Positions 27,850 through 37,630 of a DNA stretch of 64,000 bases are shown here, one piece after another. This DNA comes from an uncultured Eubacteriales bacterium (GTDB taxonomy: Bacteria > Bacillota > Clostridia > Christensenellales > UBA1242), in the NCBI GenBank assembly GCA_948695535.1, contig CAPRTS010000003.1, positions 21,107 to 85,106 on the forward strand, read 5' to 3'. How positions within the stretch are numbered: the stretch's first letter is position 1; the number at the start of each line of letters is the position of its first letter. A program made the position numbers and the translations under genes. Under the pieces are notes generated by a model. That model made no database searches and had not been told where the DNA came from. It saw nothing but the letters and a program-made list of their open reading frames with translations.

Positions 27850-29118
27850 ATGAATTTTACACCAAAGAAGGTTTGCATTACGACTTTGGGCTGCGACAAG
27901 AACCGTGCCGACAGCGAACAGTTGGCGGGGTACTTAAAAGCGGCCGGCTGTCAAATGGTGGCCGACGACGCGGACGCCGACATTATTATCGTTAACACTT
28001 GTGGTTTTATTAACGCGGCGCGCCAAGAAAGTATTGACGTTATTACCGACAAGTTGCGTTACTTGCCACGGGCGGAATTGGTGGTTTGTGGTTGTATTGT
28101 GGAGAATAATCGTGCCGAGTTGGCCGCCGGTTTACCCGAAGTCGCGATTTGGTGGGGAACCAAAAATTACCACGGTTTGGCACAGTTATTGTGTGGCGAA
28201 AGTGCGACGGAAATTGTCACCATTGCCGGTGCACCTAAGTTATTGTCGACGCCACCCAGTTATGCTTACATTAAAATTGCTGATGGTTGTAATCGCCGGT
28301 GTGCTTTTTGTACCATTCCGTTAATCCGTGGTAATTATGTGTCACGTCCAGTAGCGGATATCGTTGCGGAAGTGCGTCATTTTGCGACGTTAGGCGTTCC
28401 GGAATTTATTCTGGTCGCCCAGGACGTAACCTTATATGGCGTCGACCTAAAAACTAATCTTGTGCAATTGCTACGTGCGATTACGGCGGTGGACGGCGTT
28501 AAACGCGTGCGGTTGCATTATTGTTATCCCGAACTCTTGACCGACGAATTACTGAACGAAATAGCCGGTAACGACAAAATTGTAAAGTACTTAGATATTC
28601 CGTTTCAACATTGTAACCCGCGCATTTTACGTTTGATGCATCGCCATGGTGACCCCGTCAGTTACACGGCTTTGATTCAAAAAATTCGTAACCTAATGCC
28701 GACGGTAACCTTGCGGGCGACGATGATGGTGGGTTTCCCGACCGAAACTGATGTCGAGTTTGCCGAGTTAGTGGCTTTCTTAAAAGCCGTTAAATTGGAC
28801 TACGTTGGTTTCTTTGCTTATTCGCGGGAAAAGGGTACGGCCGCCTACGCGTTGCCACAAGTGCCAGCCAAGGTGAAACGACAACGCCTGCGTACAGTGA
28901 CTGCTGTACAACAACAAATCTTAGATGCGCGCCAAGTTGCCCGTTGCGGTGAACGGGTGCGCGTGGTTTGTGACGCCGTGGTGGACGGGATAGCGCGTTG
29001 TCGCACTTTTGGACAAAGTCCGGATGTTGATCCTTGTATTTTTGTAACCGGTGACTTGGTAATTGGTCAAGAATATGATATTGTGTTAATAGGAGCCGGT
29101 AATGGAAAACTTATTTGA
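27850..29118 (+). CDS. rimO: ribosomal protein S12 methylthiotransferase RimO (radical SAM MTTase)
   Basis: N-terminal TTLGCDKNRADSE, radical SAM CNRRCAFC, and a C-terminal TRAM-like domain. Start taken at MNFTPKK after the -10 box. Confidence 0.85.
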   Translation: MNFTPKKVCITTLGCDKNRADSEQLAGYLKAAGCQMVADDADADIIIVNTCGFINAARQESIDVITDKLRYLPRAELVVCGCIVENNRAELAAGLPEVAIWWGTKNYHGLAQLLCGESATEIVTIAGAPKLLSTPPSYAYIKIADGCNRRCAFCTIPLIRGNYVSRPVADIVAEVRHFATLGVPEFILVAQDVTLYGVDLKTNLVQLLRAITAVDGVKRVRLHYCYPELLTDELLNEIAGNDKIVKYLDIPFQHCNPRILRLMHRHGDPVSYTALIQKIRNLMPTVTLRATMMVGFPTETDVEFAELVAFLKAVKLDYVGFFAYSREKGTAAYALPQVPAKVKRQRLRTVTAVQQQILDARQVARCGERVRVVCDAVVDGIARCRTFGQSPDVDPCIFVTGDLVIGQEYDIVLIGAGNGKLI

Positions 29119-30325
29119 AAATCTACACCAAGCCAGCAAACCCTTAGCGGAACGTATGCGCCCGCAAGTATTAAGCGAGTTTGTTGGGCAACAACACTTG
29201 CTGGCAAAAGGTAAGTTATTACGGCGTTTGATTGAGGCGGGACGCGTGCCCAGTGTTATTTTCTATGGTGCTCCGGGCACGGGCAAGACGACTTTGGCAC
29301 GCATTATTGCCGACAGCAGTAACGCCAATTTTGTTAAACTTAACGCGGTAGCTACCGGTGTGGCCGAGGTTAAAAATGTAATTGAACAAGCCAAACACGA
29401 TTTTGAATTATACGGCAAGAAAACTTACTTGTTGTTGGATGAATGTCACCGTTGGAACAAAGCCCAAAGTGATTCGTTATTGGGGGCGTTGGAAGAAGGC
29501 TATTTGTTATTGGTTGGTTGCACGACGGAAAATCCCAGTTACAGTATGACGCGGGCGATTGTTTCGCGCTGTTCCGTGTTTGAATTCAAACGACTAAGCG
29601 AAGGCGAAATTAAAACCATTTTGCAACGCGCAATTAAAAGTTCACAAGGTTTAGCAACGTATAATTTGCAACTTGATGCTGACGCGTTAACTTATTTCGC
29701 TACGGCGTGCGGTGGCGACGTGCGCAGTGCTTTGAATGGTTTAGAATTATGTGCGGTTACCAGTCACCCGAATGCTGATGGGCAAATTATGGTTAACAAA
29801 GCCGTGGCGGCGGAGTGCTTGCAAAAAAAAGCCTTGAATTTAGATGAAGATGTTTATTATCACATTTTAAGTGCCTTTTGTAAAAGCCTGCGAGGTAGTG
29901 ATGTTACAGCAGCTTTGTATTATGCTAACCGCTTGATTGCCGCCGGTATTGAACCGCAAATTTTAGCACGGCGCACGATAGCTCATGCCAGTGAAGACGT
30001 GGGGTTGGCGGATCCGCAGGCTTTGGTACAGGCTAACGCTGCTTTATACGCGCTGGATAATCTAGGTATGCCCGAAGGTAACTTAGCGTTGACGCAAGCC
30101 ATCATTTACGTATGTCAAGCACCAAAAGACAACCGTGTGGTAGTGGCCATGAACGCAGCTCAAAATGATGCCGTTAACCACCCCGATGATCGGGTGCCTG
30201 ACTACCTAAAAAATCACACTGCCGCCAGTAAAAATTATAAATACCCACATGATTTTGGTGGTTATGTCGAGCAACAATATTTACCCGACAGTTTGGTGGG
30301 ACGTAATTATTTCCCGACCAAGTAA
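29102..30325 (+). CDS. rarA: replication-associated recombination protein A (MgsA/RarA AAA+ ATPase)
   Basis: RPQVLSEFVGQQHL, Walker A GAPGTGKTTLA, LLDECHRWNK, and the C-terminal MgsA domain YKYPHDF. Overlaps the rimO stop by 17 nt. Confidence 0.9.
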   Translation: MENLFENLHQASKPLAERMRPQVLSEFVGQQHLLAKGKLLRRLIEAGRVPSVIFYGAPGTGKTTLARIIADSSNANFVKLNAVATGVAEVKNVIEQAKHDFELYGKKTYLLLDECHRWNKAQSDSLLGALEEGYLLLVGCTTENPSYSMTRAIVSRCSVFEFKRLSEGEIKTILQRAIKSSQGLATYNLQLDADALTYFATACGGDVRSALNGLELCAVTSHPNADGQIMVNKAVAAECLQKKALNLDEDVYYHILSAFCKSLRGSDVTAALYYANRLIAAGIEPQILARRTIAHASEDVGLADPQALVQANAALYALDNLGMPEGNLALTQAIIYVCQAPKDNRVVVAMNAAQNDAVNHPDDRVPDYLKNHTAASKNYKYPHDFGGYVEQQYLPDSLVGRNYFPTK

Positions 30326-30412
30326 CCAGGGAGTAGTGCAATAGTGTTATGGTGGGTAAGTAACTTCTGAGTAAAAACTGATTGTCTAAAATGTTGTGAT
30401 TGATATATACTA

Positions 30413-33400
30413 ATGTTGACTATGGGGGGAACACCAAAGAAGGTAGCAATGTTGCGAGCATTGTGGCTCTGCTTGGCAGTGTTTTTTTCCCTGTTAGCTG
30501 TAACCGCAACCAGCAACTTATTGGGTACTGTCGCTCGTGAAGAGCGTGGGGGGACATTGGAACCCAGTAATAACGTATATGAAGATCCGGACTTATACAC
30601 CGAATGGATTAACTTAGTTTCGGGTGAAGAATATGGGTTTTCGAACCATCCGTTTGGCACCAAAACAATTTACATTATGGACGAAGGCGAGTTAGCCAAT
30701 CTTAATCGCGCTTTAACCATGAACGTCAACGATTACTCGGGGTATACATTTATTTTAGCAAGCGACCTTGATATGTCGAAAAAATATCCTTCCAGTGAAA
30801 GTAAAGAACCAGTCCCTGCCGTATGGACACCAATTAACACCACGCCGGGAACTAACACCGGAATTATTTTTGATGGTAATGGGAAGAAAATCAGTAACTT
30901 GTTAATGATTATGAATGACGACGAAACTGTAACTGACGGAGTTAGGGCAAACAATGGTTTCGGTTTCTTTGGTAATTTAACGGGCTGCACGGTACGCAAT
31001 GTAACGTTTGAAAATCCGGTCATTAAATATACATATGTTGGGGACAGCAAAACCTCAACTGACCCAGAACGTCCTACTGCTCCCGTGCCAGTGGGAATTG
31101 GTGTGGTCGCGGGAATCGCGGAAAATGCTTACGTGAACAAGGTGAATATTGTTAACCCACAAATAACGGTGACAACCAATAATGCTAATGGTCACAGTCT
31201 TTACGTGGGTGGTGTGGTTGGCAAAATGGTTTACGACGCTTATGATGCGACGCCGTTGTTGCAAAGCGTAACCAACCCTGATGACCCTACTGACGTTGAG
31301 CACCGTTGGGGGGTTGACACGGTGACGGTAACTGCGGGCGAAGGTACTAAATTTGACGTAACGGTGACCCCGGGGTCAGAGACTTATAATCAAACTTACG
31401 GTATGGCAACCTTTGGTTATATTGGTGGAGTAGTCGGTTACAACAATTCGGCCAAGGTTATTAACAGCAAGGTGCAAGGGCTAAATATTAATCCGCAAAT
31501 TCCGGAAAATGCTTTCGGTAATTATTACGTTGGTGGGTTGGCCGGTTTCTCTATGCTGCGTGTTAAAACCTTAAACGATGTGGTCTTGGCCGGGGTAATT
31601 AACAACGTAATTATCGACAGCACGGTCACCAGCGGTAATGTTAACACTGATAGTATTGCTAGGACTGTTTATTCCGTGCATTCGGGGGCTTTGGTTGGTC
31701 AAATTTATGATAGTTGGGTGTACAATAATATCGCCATTAACGATGACAAATCTTTGCCGCTGTATGGCTCGTTTTGGAATCGTAAGTATAATATTTTTTA
31801 TGACTCTTGTTTGGGTTACTTCGATTATGAAAGGCTTTTAGGTAGTGATTATTTCTTGATCGGTGAAGAAACTGTGCTGGCGGGGGAAACTGTTACAACG
31901 CTTGATTTTAGTCGGTGTAAACCACAGTTGTATGGTTATTATTGGGTGTGTCGTCATCACACAGTAAAAGACGATAAAGTTATTTTCCCTTATCTAAGTG
32001 ACAATTCTGAAAACGAAAATTTTGAACTTTACGCCAACCAGTATAACTTTCAAATGACTAAGCAGGAATTTGCAACTTTCAAAAACGGGGCAGTGTTTGG
32101 CAAGTTTGCTGATTTTGAAAATAAGGACGGAAATTTCTTCGAAATCGGTAAACAAAGAGTGTTGTACGAAGCTCCTTACCGCGGTACGGCAGAACCCGGT
32201 AAGGGGGACTATAACGACCAAACAAGAATACGAAAAGCGGTTAACGAATTGCGAGTATGGAAAGTGGATGAGAACGGCGAACCCGGATTTGGCGATAATT
32301 TGGGTTACGATTACGATGTTGTTTTTCATGCCAATGGCGAGAATATGAAACACGACTTTGGCGATGCGGGGCGTGCCAATGCCGGGTGGGTGCAAAAGGG
32401 CGAATATGAATACATGGATACAATTTTGACCCAAAAAATTAAAAAATATAAGTATAAAGAAAAAATTGAATCTTTAACTGGCCAAGAAATGCCGACTTGC
32501 GAAGGTTGGAAATTTGATGGTTGGTATGCTGATGCCGATTGCCAAGATCGTGACGAAAGTGAGCAGTTTAATTTTGCTACTGCCGAGATGAAAGGAAGCA
32601 CCATTAATCTTTATGCGAAGTGGGTAGTTAAAACGTACGATGTGGAATATTACCTAGACGAAAATGATGCGGAGCCTTATCGTGTTGACCACGGAGTTGT
32701 TTATGGCAGTTATATAATGAAACCGGCCGATCCTGAATTACCAGCAACTGAACAGTTTTTAGGTAAGTCGTTTGCTGGCTATTGGTATTACTTAGAAGCT
32801 TATTACGAATACGATGAAAATGGAAACCCAGTGGGGGAACCGGAGTACCGCGAAGCTGGTGAATGGGTGTTTGATAATGTTGAGAATTACAGCCCGATGC
32901 CGGGACAAGTCTTGAAATTATACGCAGGTATTCAAGACGATTTCGTAATCTTACGGGAAGTGATGGAATCAACGGAGGTTCAATTTGCGTTAACTCACCA
33001 AGATTGTTATACTGCGGATAGTTTCAAAATTTTTCAAACCGCTTATGATAACGGGCGGGCTGTTATGGAAGCGTCAAGCAATTTACCGGATGACCAAACA
33101 GTTAGTCAAGTTGTTGCTACCATACGGGACACCTTGGCAGCCTTAGTCGTTAACATTGAAGCTTTTAAGGCCTTGCCACCTTTTGACGAAAACGTTGACC
33201 AAAATCGTTATCCATTCTTGTATCAAGATTACGATGCTGCGAGTCCCGATTTTCACCCTTATCGTGACTATACTGATGCTAAACGTGCAGCCTTGAATTA
33301 TTTGAATGTGGAAATTGCCAATCCGGATATGTTGCATAATGTGGAACGCTACTTATATATCCGCGATACTTTGCTGAGTAAATACAATAATTTGGCGTTT

Positions 33401-33865
33401 AACCCTAATCCTAATTTGGGAATGAATACAGAATTGGTTAACGCCGTCAAGCAGGGTTATACACAAATTATGCAAACGATTGATGACATAAACCCTGATG
33501 ATTATACAAAACAAAGTTGGGATAATGTTAACTTTAACTTGGTAATTGACGATTTTAAAAAAACTTTCAAAAGTGATTACCAAAATCCCTATATTGCTGA
33601 TATGAAAAAGGCGATCGATAATTACCATGCAGCCAAGGCACAGTTGGTACGTAACCAAGGTAATACTGACGTGCCTAATGCAACAGTAGGTAAAAAATCG
33701 GGAGTTGCTTCGCAAATAATAATTGGCGTAATGGTTTTCTTACTGGCGATTGGCGGTGTCAGTGGTTACATTGGCTTTGATCTATACATGAACAAGAAGG
33801 TTAAACCCAAAAAAGAACAAGCCGAAAAGGCTGAACGTGCGGCCGCCGATGATACTTACATCTAA
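30413..33865 (+). CDS. large cell-surface protein with GLUG-type motifs, a Listeria/Bacteroides B-repeat and a C-terminal membrane anchor
   Basis: Signal peptide. Repeated GGVVG/GGLAG segments (YVGGVVGKM, YIGGVVGYNN, YVGGLAGFS). B-repeat CEGWKFDGWYADADC...INLYAKW. C-terminal TM helix plus a K/E-rich tail. Confidence 0.8.
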   Translation: MLTMGGTPKKVAMLRALWLCLAVFFSLLAVTATSNLLGTVAREERGGTLEPSNNVYEDPDLYTEWINLVSGEEYGFSNHPFGTKTIYIMDEGELANLNRALTMNVNDYSGYTFILASDLDMSKKYPSSESKEPVPAVWTPINTTPGTNTGIIFDGNGKKISNLLMIMNDDETVTDGVRANNGFGFFGNLTGCTVRNVTFENPVIKYTYVGDSKTSTDPERPTAPVPVGIGVVAGIAENAYVNKVNIVNPQITVTTNNANGHSLYVGGVVGKMVYDAYDATPLLQSVTNPDDPTDVEHRWGVDTVTVTAGEGTKFDVTVTPGSETYNQTYGMATFGYIGGVVGYNNSAKVINSKVQGLNINPQIPENAFGNYYVGGLAGFSMLRVKTLNDVVLAGVINNVIIDSTVTSGNVNTDSIARTVYSVHSGALVGQIYDSWVYNNIAINDDKSLPLYGSFWNRKYNIFYDSCLGYFDYERLLGSDYFLIGEETVLAGETVTTLDFSRCKPQLYGYYWVCRHHTVKDDKVIFPYLSDNSENENFELYANQYNFQMTKQEFATFKNGAVFGKFADFENKDGNFFEIGKQRVLYEAPYRGTAEPGKGDYNDQTRIRKAVNELRVWKVDENGEPGFGDNLGYDYDVVFHANGENMKHDFGDAGRANAGWVQKGEYEYMDTILTQKIKKYKYKEKIESLTGQEMPTCEGWKFDGWYADADCQDRDESEQFNFATAEMKGSTINLYAKWVVKTYDVEYYLDENDAEPYRVDHGVVYGSYIMKPADPELPATEQFLGKSFAGYWYYLEAYYEYDENGNPVGEPEYREAGEWVFDNVENYSPMPGQVLKLYAGIQDDFVILREVMESTEVQFALTHQDCYTADSFKIFQTAYDNGRAVMEASSNLPDDQTVSQVVATIRDTLAALVVNIEAFKALPPFDENVDQNRYPFLYQDYDAASPDFHPYRDYTDAKRAALNYLNVEIANPDMLHNVERYLYIRDTLLSKYNNLAFNPNPNLGMNTELVNAVKQGYTQIMQTIDDINPDDYTKQSWDNVNFNLVIDDFKKTFKSDYQNPYIADMKKAIDNYHAAKAQLVRNQGNTDVPNATVGKKSGVASQIIIGVMVFLLAIGGVSGYIGFDLYMNKKVKPKKEQAEKAERAAADDTYI

Positions 33866-33876
33866 AAAAAATGTGC

Positions 33877-33905
33877 TTTACAAATTAAATTAAATATAGT
33901 ATTAT
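33877..33905 (+). promoter_or_regulatory. putative promoter of the infA-rpmJ-rpsM operon
   Basis: TTTACA (33877-33882), N17, TATTAT (33900-33905). A leader of about 35 nt carries AGGAGG (33934-33939). Confidence 0.4.
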
Positions 33906-33946
33906 AACAAATATTGTAGGTTCGCCTGCTGGTAGGAGGGGTGTTT

Positions 33947-34195
33947 TTGAGTAAAGATGACGCGATTGAAGTAGAAGGCAAGGTAATTGAAGTGATGCGT
34001 AATGCTAAATTCAAGGTAATGCTGGCTAATGGTCATGTGATTATGGCGTACTTATCGGGAAAACTTTACAAAAACAACATTAAGATCTTGGAGGGTGATA
34101 TGGTGAAATTGGAAATTTCGCCTTATGACCTGAGCAATGGTCGTATTACCTGGCGGAGCAAGGCCTCGGTAGAAAACGGAGGAAATGGACAATGA
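33947..34195 (+). CDS. infA: translation initiation factor IF-1
   Basis: [41 protein letters not shown] start 7 nt after AGGAGG. About 10 aa of C-terminal extension. Confidence 0.9.
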   Translation: MSKDDAIEVEGKVIEVMRNAKFKVMLANGHVIMAYLSGKLYKNNIKILEGDMVKLEISPYDLSNGRITWRSKASVENGGNGQ

Positions 34196-34326
34196 AAGTA
34201 AGAAGCGGTGTAAAACCTATGTGCAACAAATGCAAGGTTATTAAACGCGACGGTACTGTACGGGTAATTTGCGAAAATCCTAAGCACAAGCAACGACAAC
34301 CCCGACCGTCCAAATCGCCCCGATAA
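34192..34326 (+). CDS. rpmJ: 50S ribosomal protein L36
   Basis: Absent from the ORF track (under 60 aa). [36 protein letters not shown] plus a PRPSKSPR tail. ATGA overlap with the infA stop. Confidence 0.85.
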   Translation: MKVRSGVKPMCNKCKVIKRDGTVRVICENPKHKQRQPRPSKSPR

Positions 34327-34402
34327 GGCAAATTTTCACGCGTTCCTCGCGGCTATTGGGAAGGCGTGTTTTATAGATTAAAAAAAAGAAGAGGAGAAAA
34401 TA

Positions 34403-34774
34403 ATGGCAAGAATTAGTGGTGTGGATATACCCAAAGACAAATGCATTAAGTATGCTTTGACGTATATCTATGGCATTGGCGAAAAAACGGCCGACAAAAT
34501 TTGTGCGGTCTGCAAGGTTGACCCGGCAGTACGTACCAAAGATGTCCCCGAAGCCAAAATTAACGAGATTAGAACTTATATTGATAAGAACATTAAAACC
34601 GAAGGCGATTTGCGTCGTGAAGTATCTTTGGATATTAAACGCTTAACCGAAATTGGTTGCTATCGCGGCATTCGTCATCGTAAGGGATTACCCGTTCGCG
34701 GGCAATCGACCAAACAAAACGCGCGCACTCGTAAAGGTCCCAAGAAAATGGTTATCAGGACCAAGTCGGCGTAA
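34403..34774 (+). CDS. rpsM: 30S ribosomal protein S13
   Basis: [13 protein letters not shown]...[17 protein letters not shown], with a GAGGAG SD. Confidence 0.95.
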   Translation: MARISGVDIPKDKCIKYALTYIYGIGEKTADKICAVCKVDPAVRTKDVPEAKINEIRTYIDKNIKTEGDLRREVSLDIKRLTEIGCYRGIRHRKGLPVRGQSTKQNARTRKGPKKMVIRTKSA

Positions 34775-34792
34775 GGAATTAGGAGGATATAA

Positions 34793-35209
34793 ATGGCAGA
34801 AGCAAAATCAAATGCACCGATGAAAAAAAAGCCAACCACCAGGCGTAAACAGAAAAAAACGCTGTCCGCTAAGGGGAAGGCTTACATCAATTCTTCATTT
34901 AATAACACAATTGTTACGTTGACTGACGAAAAGGGCAACGTTATTAACTGGGCTAGTGCGGGGGCTGCCGGCTTTAAGGGCAGTCGTAAATCTACCCCCT
35001 TTGCGGCACAAACTACGGCGGAAAAAGCAGCTGCTGCCGCCAAAGATTTAGGTTTATTAAAGGTCGATGTCTTTGTTAAAGGACCGGGGGCTGGTCGCGA
35101 AAACGCGATTCGTGCTTTGAATACAGCCGGGTTGGAGGTGTTGTCGATTACTGATACGTCACCAGTGGCACATAATGGTTGCCGTCCGCCCAAAAGAAGG
35201 AGGAAATAA
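34793..35209 (+). CDS. rpsK: 30S ribosomal protein S11
   Basis: [18 protein letters not shown]...[19 protein letters not shown], with an AGGAGG SD. Confidence 0.95.
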   Translation: MAEAKSNAPMKKKPTTRRKQKKTLSAKGKAYINSSFNNTIVTLTDEKGNVINWASAGAAGFKGSRKSTPFAAQTTAEKAAAAAKDLGLLKVDVFVKGPGAGRENAIRALNTAGLEVLSITDTSPVAHNGCRPPKRRRK

Positions 35210-35211
35210 TG

Positions 35212-35832
35212 ATGGCCAGATATATTGGTCCCGATTGCCGACTTTGCCGTCGCGAGGGTTGCAAGTTGTTTTTGAAAGGCGAACGTTGTTTGTCGGCAAA
35301 ATGTGCTATGGAAAAGCGTCCCGTTGTGCCGGGGCAACATGGTTTAGCACGCAAAAAGGAAAAAGAATACGGTACACAGTTGCGTGAAAAGCAAAAAGTT
35401 AAACGAGCTTACGGTTTGCAAGAAAAACAATTCCACGAATTGTACGTAAAAGCGGCTAACGCCAAGGGACGTACAGGTGATAATTTGTTAACCTATTTGG
35501 AACGTCGCTTGGATAACGTGGTCTATCGCATGGGAATTGCTGACAGTCGCAGTGAATCCCGTCAATTAGTTACGCATGGTCACATTACCGTTAATGGTAA
35601 AGATGTTAACATTCCGTCTTACTTGGTAGATAAAGGTGACATTATTGCGATTAAAGAAACCAAAAAAGATTTGGAAATTTTCAAAGTCTTGAAAGACCAA
35701 AAGATGAGTTTACCAAAATGGTTGGAATTTTCGGGGGCGAAATTAACCGGTAAGGTTCTTGAATTACCAACTCGCGAAGATATCGATTTGAATATTCAAG
35801 AGAACTTAATTATCGAGTTGTATTCGAAATAA
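35212..35832 (+). CDS. rpsD: 30S ribosomal protein S4
   Basis: MARYIGPDCRLCRREG...LERRLDNVVYR. AGGAGG lies upstream, within the rpsK 3' end. Confidence 0.95.
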   Translation: MARYIGPDCRLCRREGCKLFLKGERCLSAKCAMEKRPVVPGQHGLARKKEKEYGTQLREKQKVKRAYGLQEKQFHELYVKAANAKGRTGDNLLTYLERRLDNVVYRMGIADSRSESRQLVTHGHITVNGKDVNIPSYLVDKGDIIAIKETKKDLEIFKVLKDQKMSLPKWLEFSGAKLTGKVLELPTREDIDLNIQENLIIELYSK

Positions 35833-35859
35833 AAAGTGAAATAAAGGGAGAAAACAATT

Positions 35860-36828
35860 ATGTTAAAGATGGAATTAACAAAACCAAAAATCACGATTAC
35901 CGAGAGTACAGGTGCTAAAAGTGCACGTTTCGTCATCGAACCGTTAGAACGTAGTTACGGTACTACGTTAGGTAATATGATTCGTCGCGTTGCTTTGGGT
36001 AATTTGCCGGGAACAGCGGTGACAGCAATCCGAATCGCGGGGGTAAACAACGAATTTTCAACCGTTAAAGGTGTGGTTGAAGATGTCACCGATATTGTTT
36101 TGAACGTCAAGAGTTTGATCTTGAAAGCCTTGACCGATGACATGGAATATACGACGACAATGCACATCAACAAAAAAACGGCTGGCCCAATTTATGCCAA
36201 AGACATCGAACACGACAGTTTAATTGAAGTTTGCAACCCTGATTTAGTGATTGCTACCTTGGATAGTAATGTTGAATTCAAAATGGAATTGTCAGTTGCT
36301 CGTGGACGTGGTTATGTAGTGGCTAAGGATCAGAAAGGTGCGCACGACAGTATTGGTTACATCGCCGTTGACAGTTTGTACAGCCCAGTAGTTAAATGTA
36401 ACTATTTTGTTGAGCCCAGTCGGGTTGGTGGCGATATGAACTATGATAAATTAACTATTGAATTAACCACTAACGGCAGTGCCGAAGCAAAAGAAGTAGT
36501 TGCTTTGGCGGCTAAATTAGTTCAAGACCATTTGAACTTAATGATCAACATGGTGGCGGGTATGGCCGACCACAATACTTTCGTGGAAAGTAAAGAAGAA
36601 ACCGTGGAAAAGATTTTTGAAACCAGCATCGAAGATATGGAATTATCGCCACGAAGTGCTAACTGCTTGAACCGCGCTAACATTAAAACGATTCGCGATT
36701 TAACCAGCAAAACCAAGGAAGATATGTTGCGGGTACGTAACTTAGGCTCCAAGAGTTTGGATGAAATTATTTCTAAGTTGGCAAGTTTGGGCTTGTCATT
36801 ACGTGCCGAAGAGGAGGGGAACTTTTAA
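35860..36828 (+). CDS. rpoA: DNA-directed RNA polymerase subunit alpha
   Basis: [18 protein letters not shown], and the C-terminal domain [25 protein letters not shown]. Confidence 0.95.
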   Translation: MLKMELTKPKITITESTGAKSARFVIEPLERSYGTTLGNMIRRVALGNLPGTAVTAIRIAGVNNEFSTVKGVVEDVTDIVLNVKSLILKALTDDMEYTTTMHINKKTAGPIYAKDIEHDSLIEVCNPDLVIATLDSNVEFKMELSVARGRGYVVAKDQKGAHDSIGYIAVDSLYSPVVKCNYFVEPSRVGGDMNYDKLTIELTTNGSAEAKEVVALAAKLVQDHLNLMINMVAGMADHNTFVESKEETVEKIFETSIEDMELSPRSANCLNRANIKTIRDLTSKTKEDMLRVRNLGSKSLDEIISKLASLGLSLRAEEEGNF

Positions 36829-37337
36829 TGAAACCGAAGAAATTAGGACGAGAAACCGCCCAGCATATGGCGATTTTGCGTAGCCAAGTTTCAACGTTGT
36901 TTTGGACAGGACGCGTAGAAACTACTTTGGCCCGTGCCAAGGCTACTGCTTCATTAGCGGAAAAATATCTGACCTTAGCAATCAACACTTATGCGGATAC
37001 TAAAACCGTAGAAAAAGATTTTACCAACGACAAAGGTGTTAAGAGTAAACGCAAAGTGTTAGTCGATGGCCCCAAGAAATTGGCTGCACGTCGTAAATTG
37101 ATGGGCTTGGTTTATGATTTGCAAGAAATTCGTAATAAAGACGAAAGCAAAAAAAGTTTTGAAAAACGTACACAAAACATCAATCATCCCATTATTGAAA
37201 AAGTTTTTAACGAGTTAGCACCTAAGTACGCTAAACGTATTAAAGAAGTTGGTACCGCAGGTGGCTACACACGGGTTTTAAAATTAGGTGTACGCAAAGG
37301 TGACGATGCCATGCGCGCGATGGTCGAATTAGTTTAG
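36828..37337 (+). CDS. rplQ: 50S ribosomal protein L17 (longer than usual, with an internal insertion)
   Basis: [32 protein letters not shown] and [15 protein letters not shown] overlap with rpoA. Confidence 0.9.
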   Translation: MKPKKLGRETAQHMAILRSQVSTLFWTGRVETTLARAKATASLAEKYLTLAINTYADTKTVEKDFTNDKGVKSKRKVLVDGPKKLAARRKLMGLVYDLQEIRNKDESKKSFEKRTQNINHPIIEKVFNELAPKYAKRIKEVGTAGGYTRVLKLGVRKGDDAMRAMVELV

Positions 37338-37588
37338 CCAACTTCGTCAATACGAACTTCGCCGCACAAAACGTCATTGTAGGAGTAAGAAAGACACGGG
37401 ATTCGTTCCGTGTTTTTTATTGCCGTTTTTAAGCGCACAACAAAGATACTGGGGAAGGTATTCTCGATAGTTCCCGCATATTGCGAAACGCGTTTACGAC
37501 CACGGCAAACCGACATATTAATGTCTTTGCCGGTCATGGCTTCAATTTTGGCTTTGATAGCCGCTAAGGATTGTGATTTTTTACGCAT
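37334..37588 (-). CDS. veg: Veg protein
   Basis: [22 protein letters not shown]...[18 protein letters not shown] matches the Veg/DUF1021 pattern. First ATG taken as the start. Confidence 0.8.
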   Translation of the reverse strand: MRKKSQSLAAIKAKIEAMTGKDINMSVCRGRKRVSQYAGTIENTFPSIFVVRLKTAIKNTERIPCLSYSYNDVLCGEVRIDEVG

Positions 37589-37630
37589 ACTTTGATTATT
37601 GCCCAAATATTCATTTTATAGGGGGAAAAT

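Noticed and set aside
27572-27995. Track ORFs 27572-27787, 27612-27899 and 27705-27995 over the tRNA region.
   Set aside because: They run through a tRNA gene and the rimO promoter and 5' end. Their peptides (for example repeated CWYSQ.ESN) simply reflect the duplicated tRNA 3' sequence.
34882-35387. Overlapping ORFs 34882-35340 (minus), 35148-35354 (minus) and 35175-35387 (plus) across rpsK/rpsD.
   Set aside because: They overlap two unambiguous ribosomal protein genes and have no support of their own.
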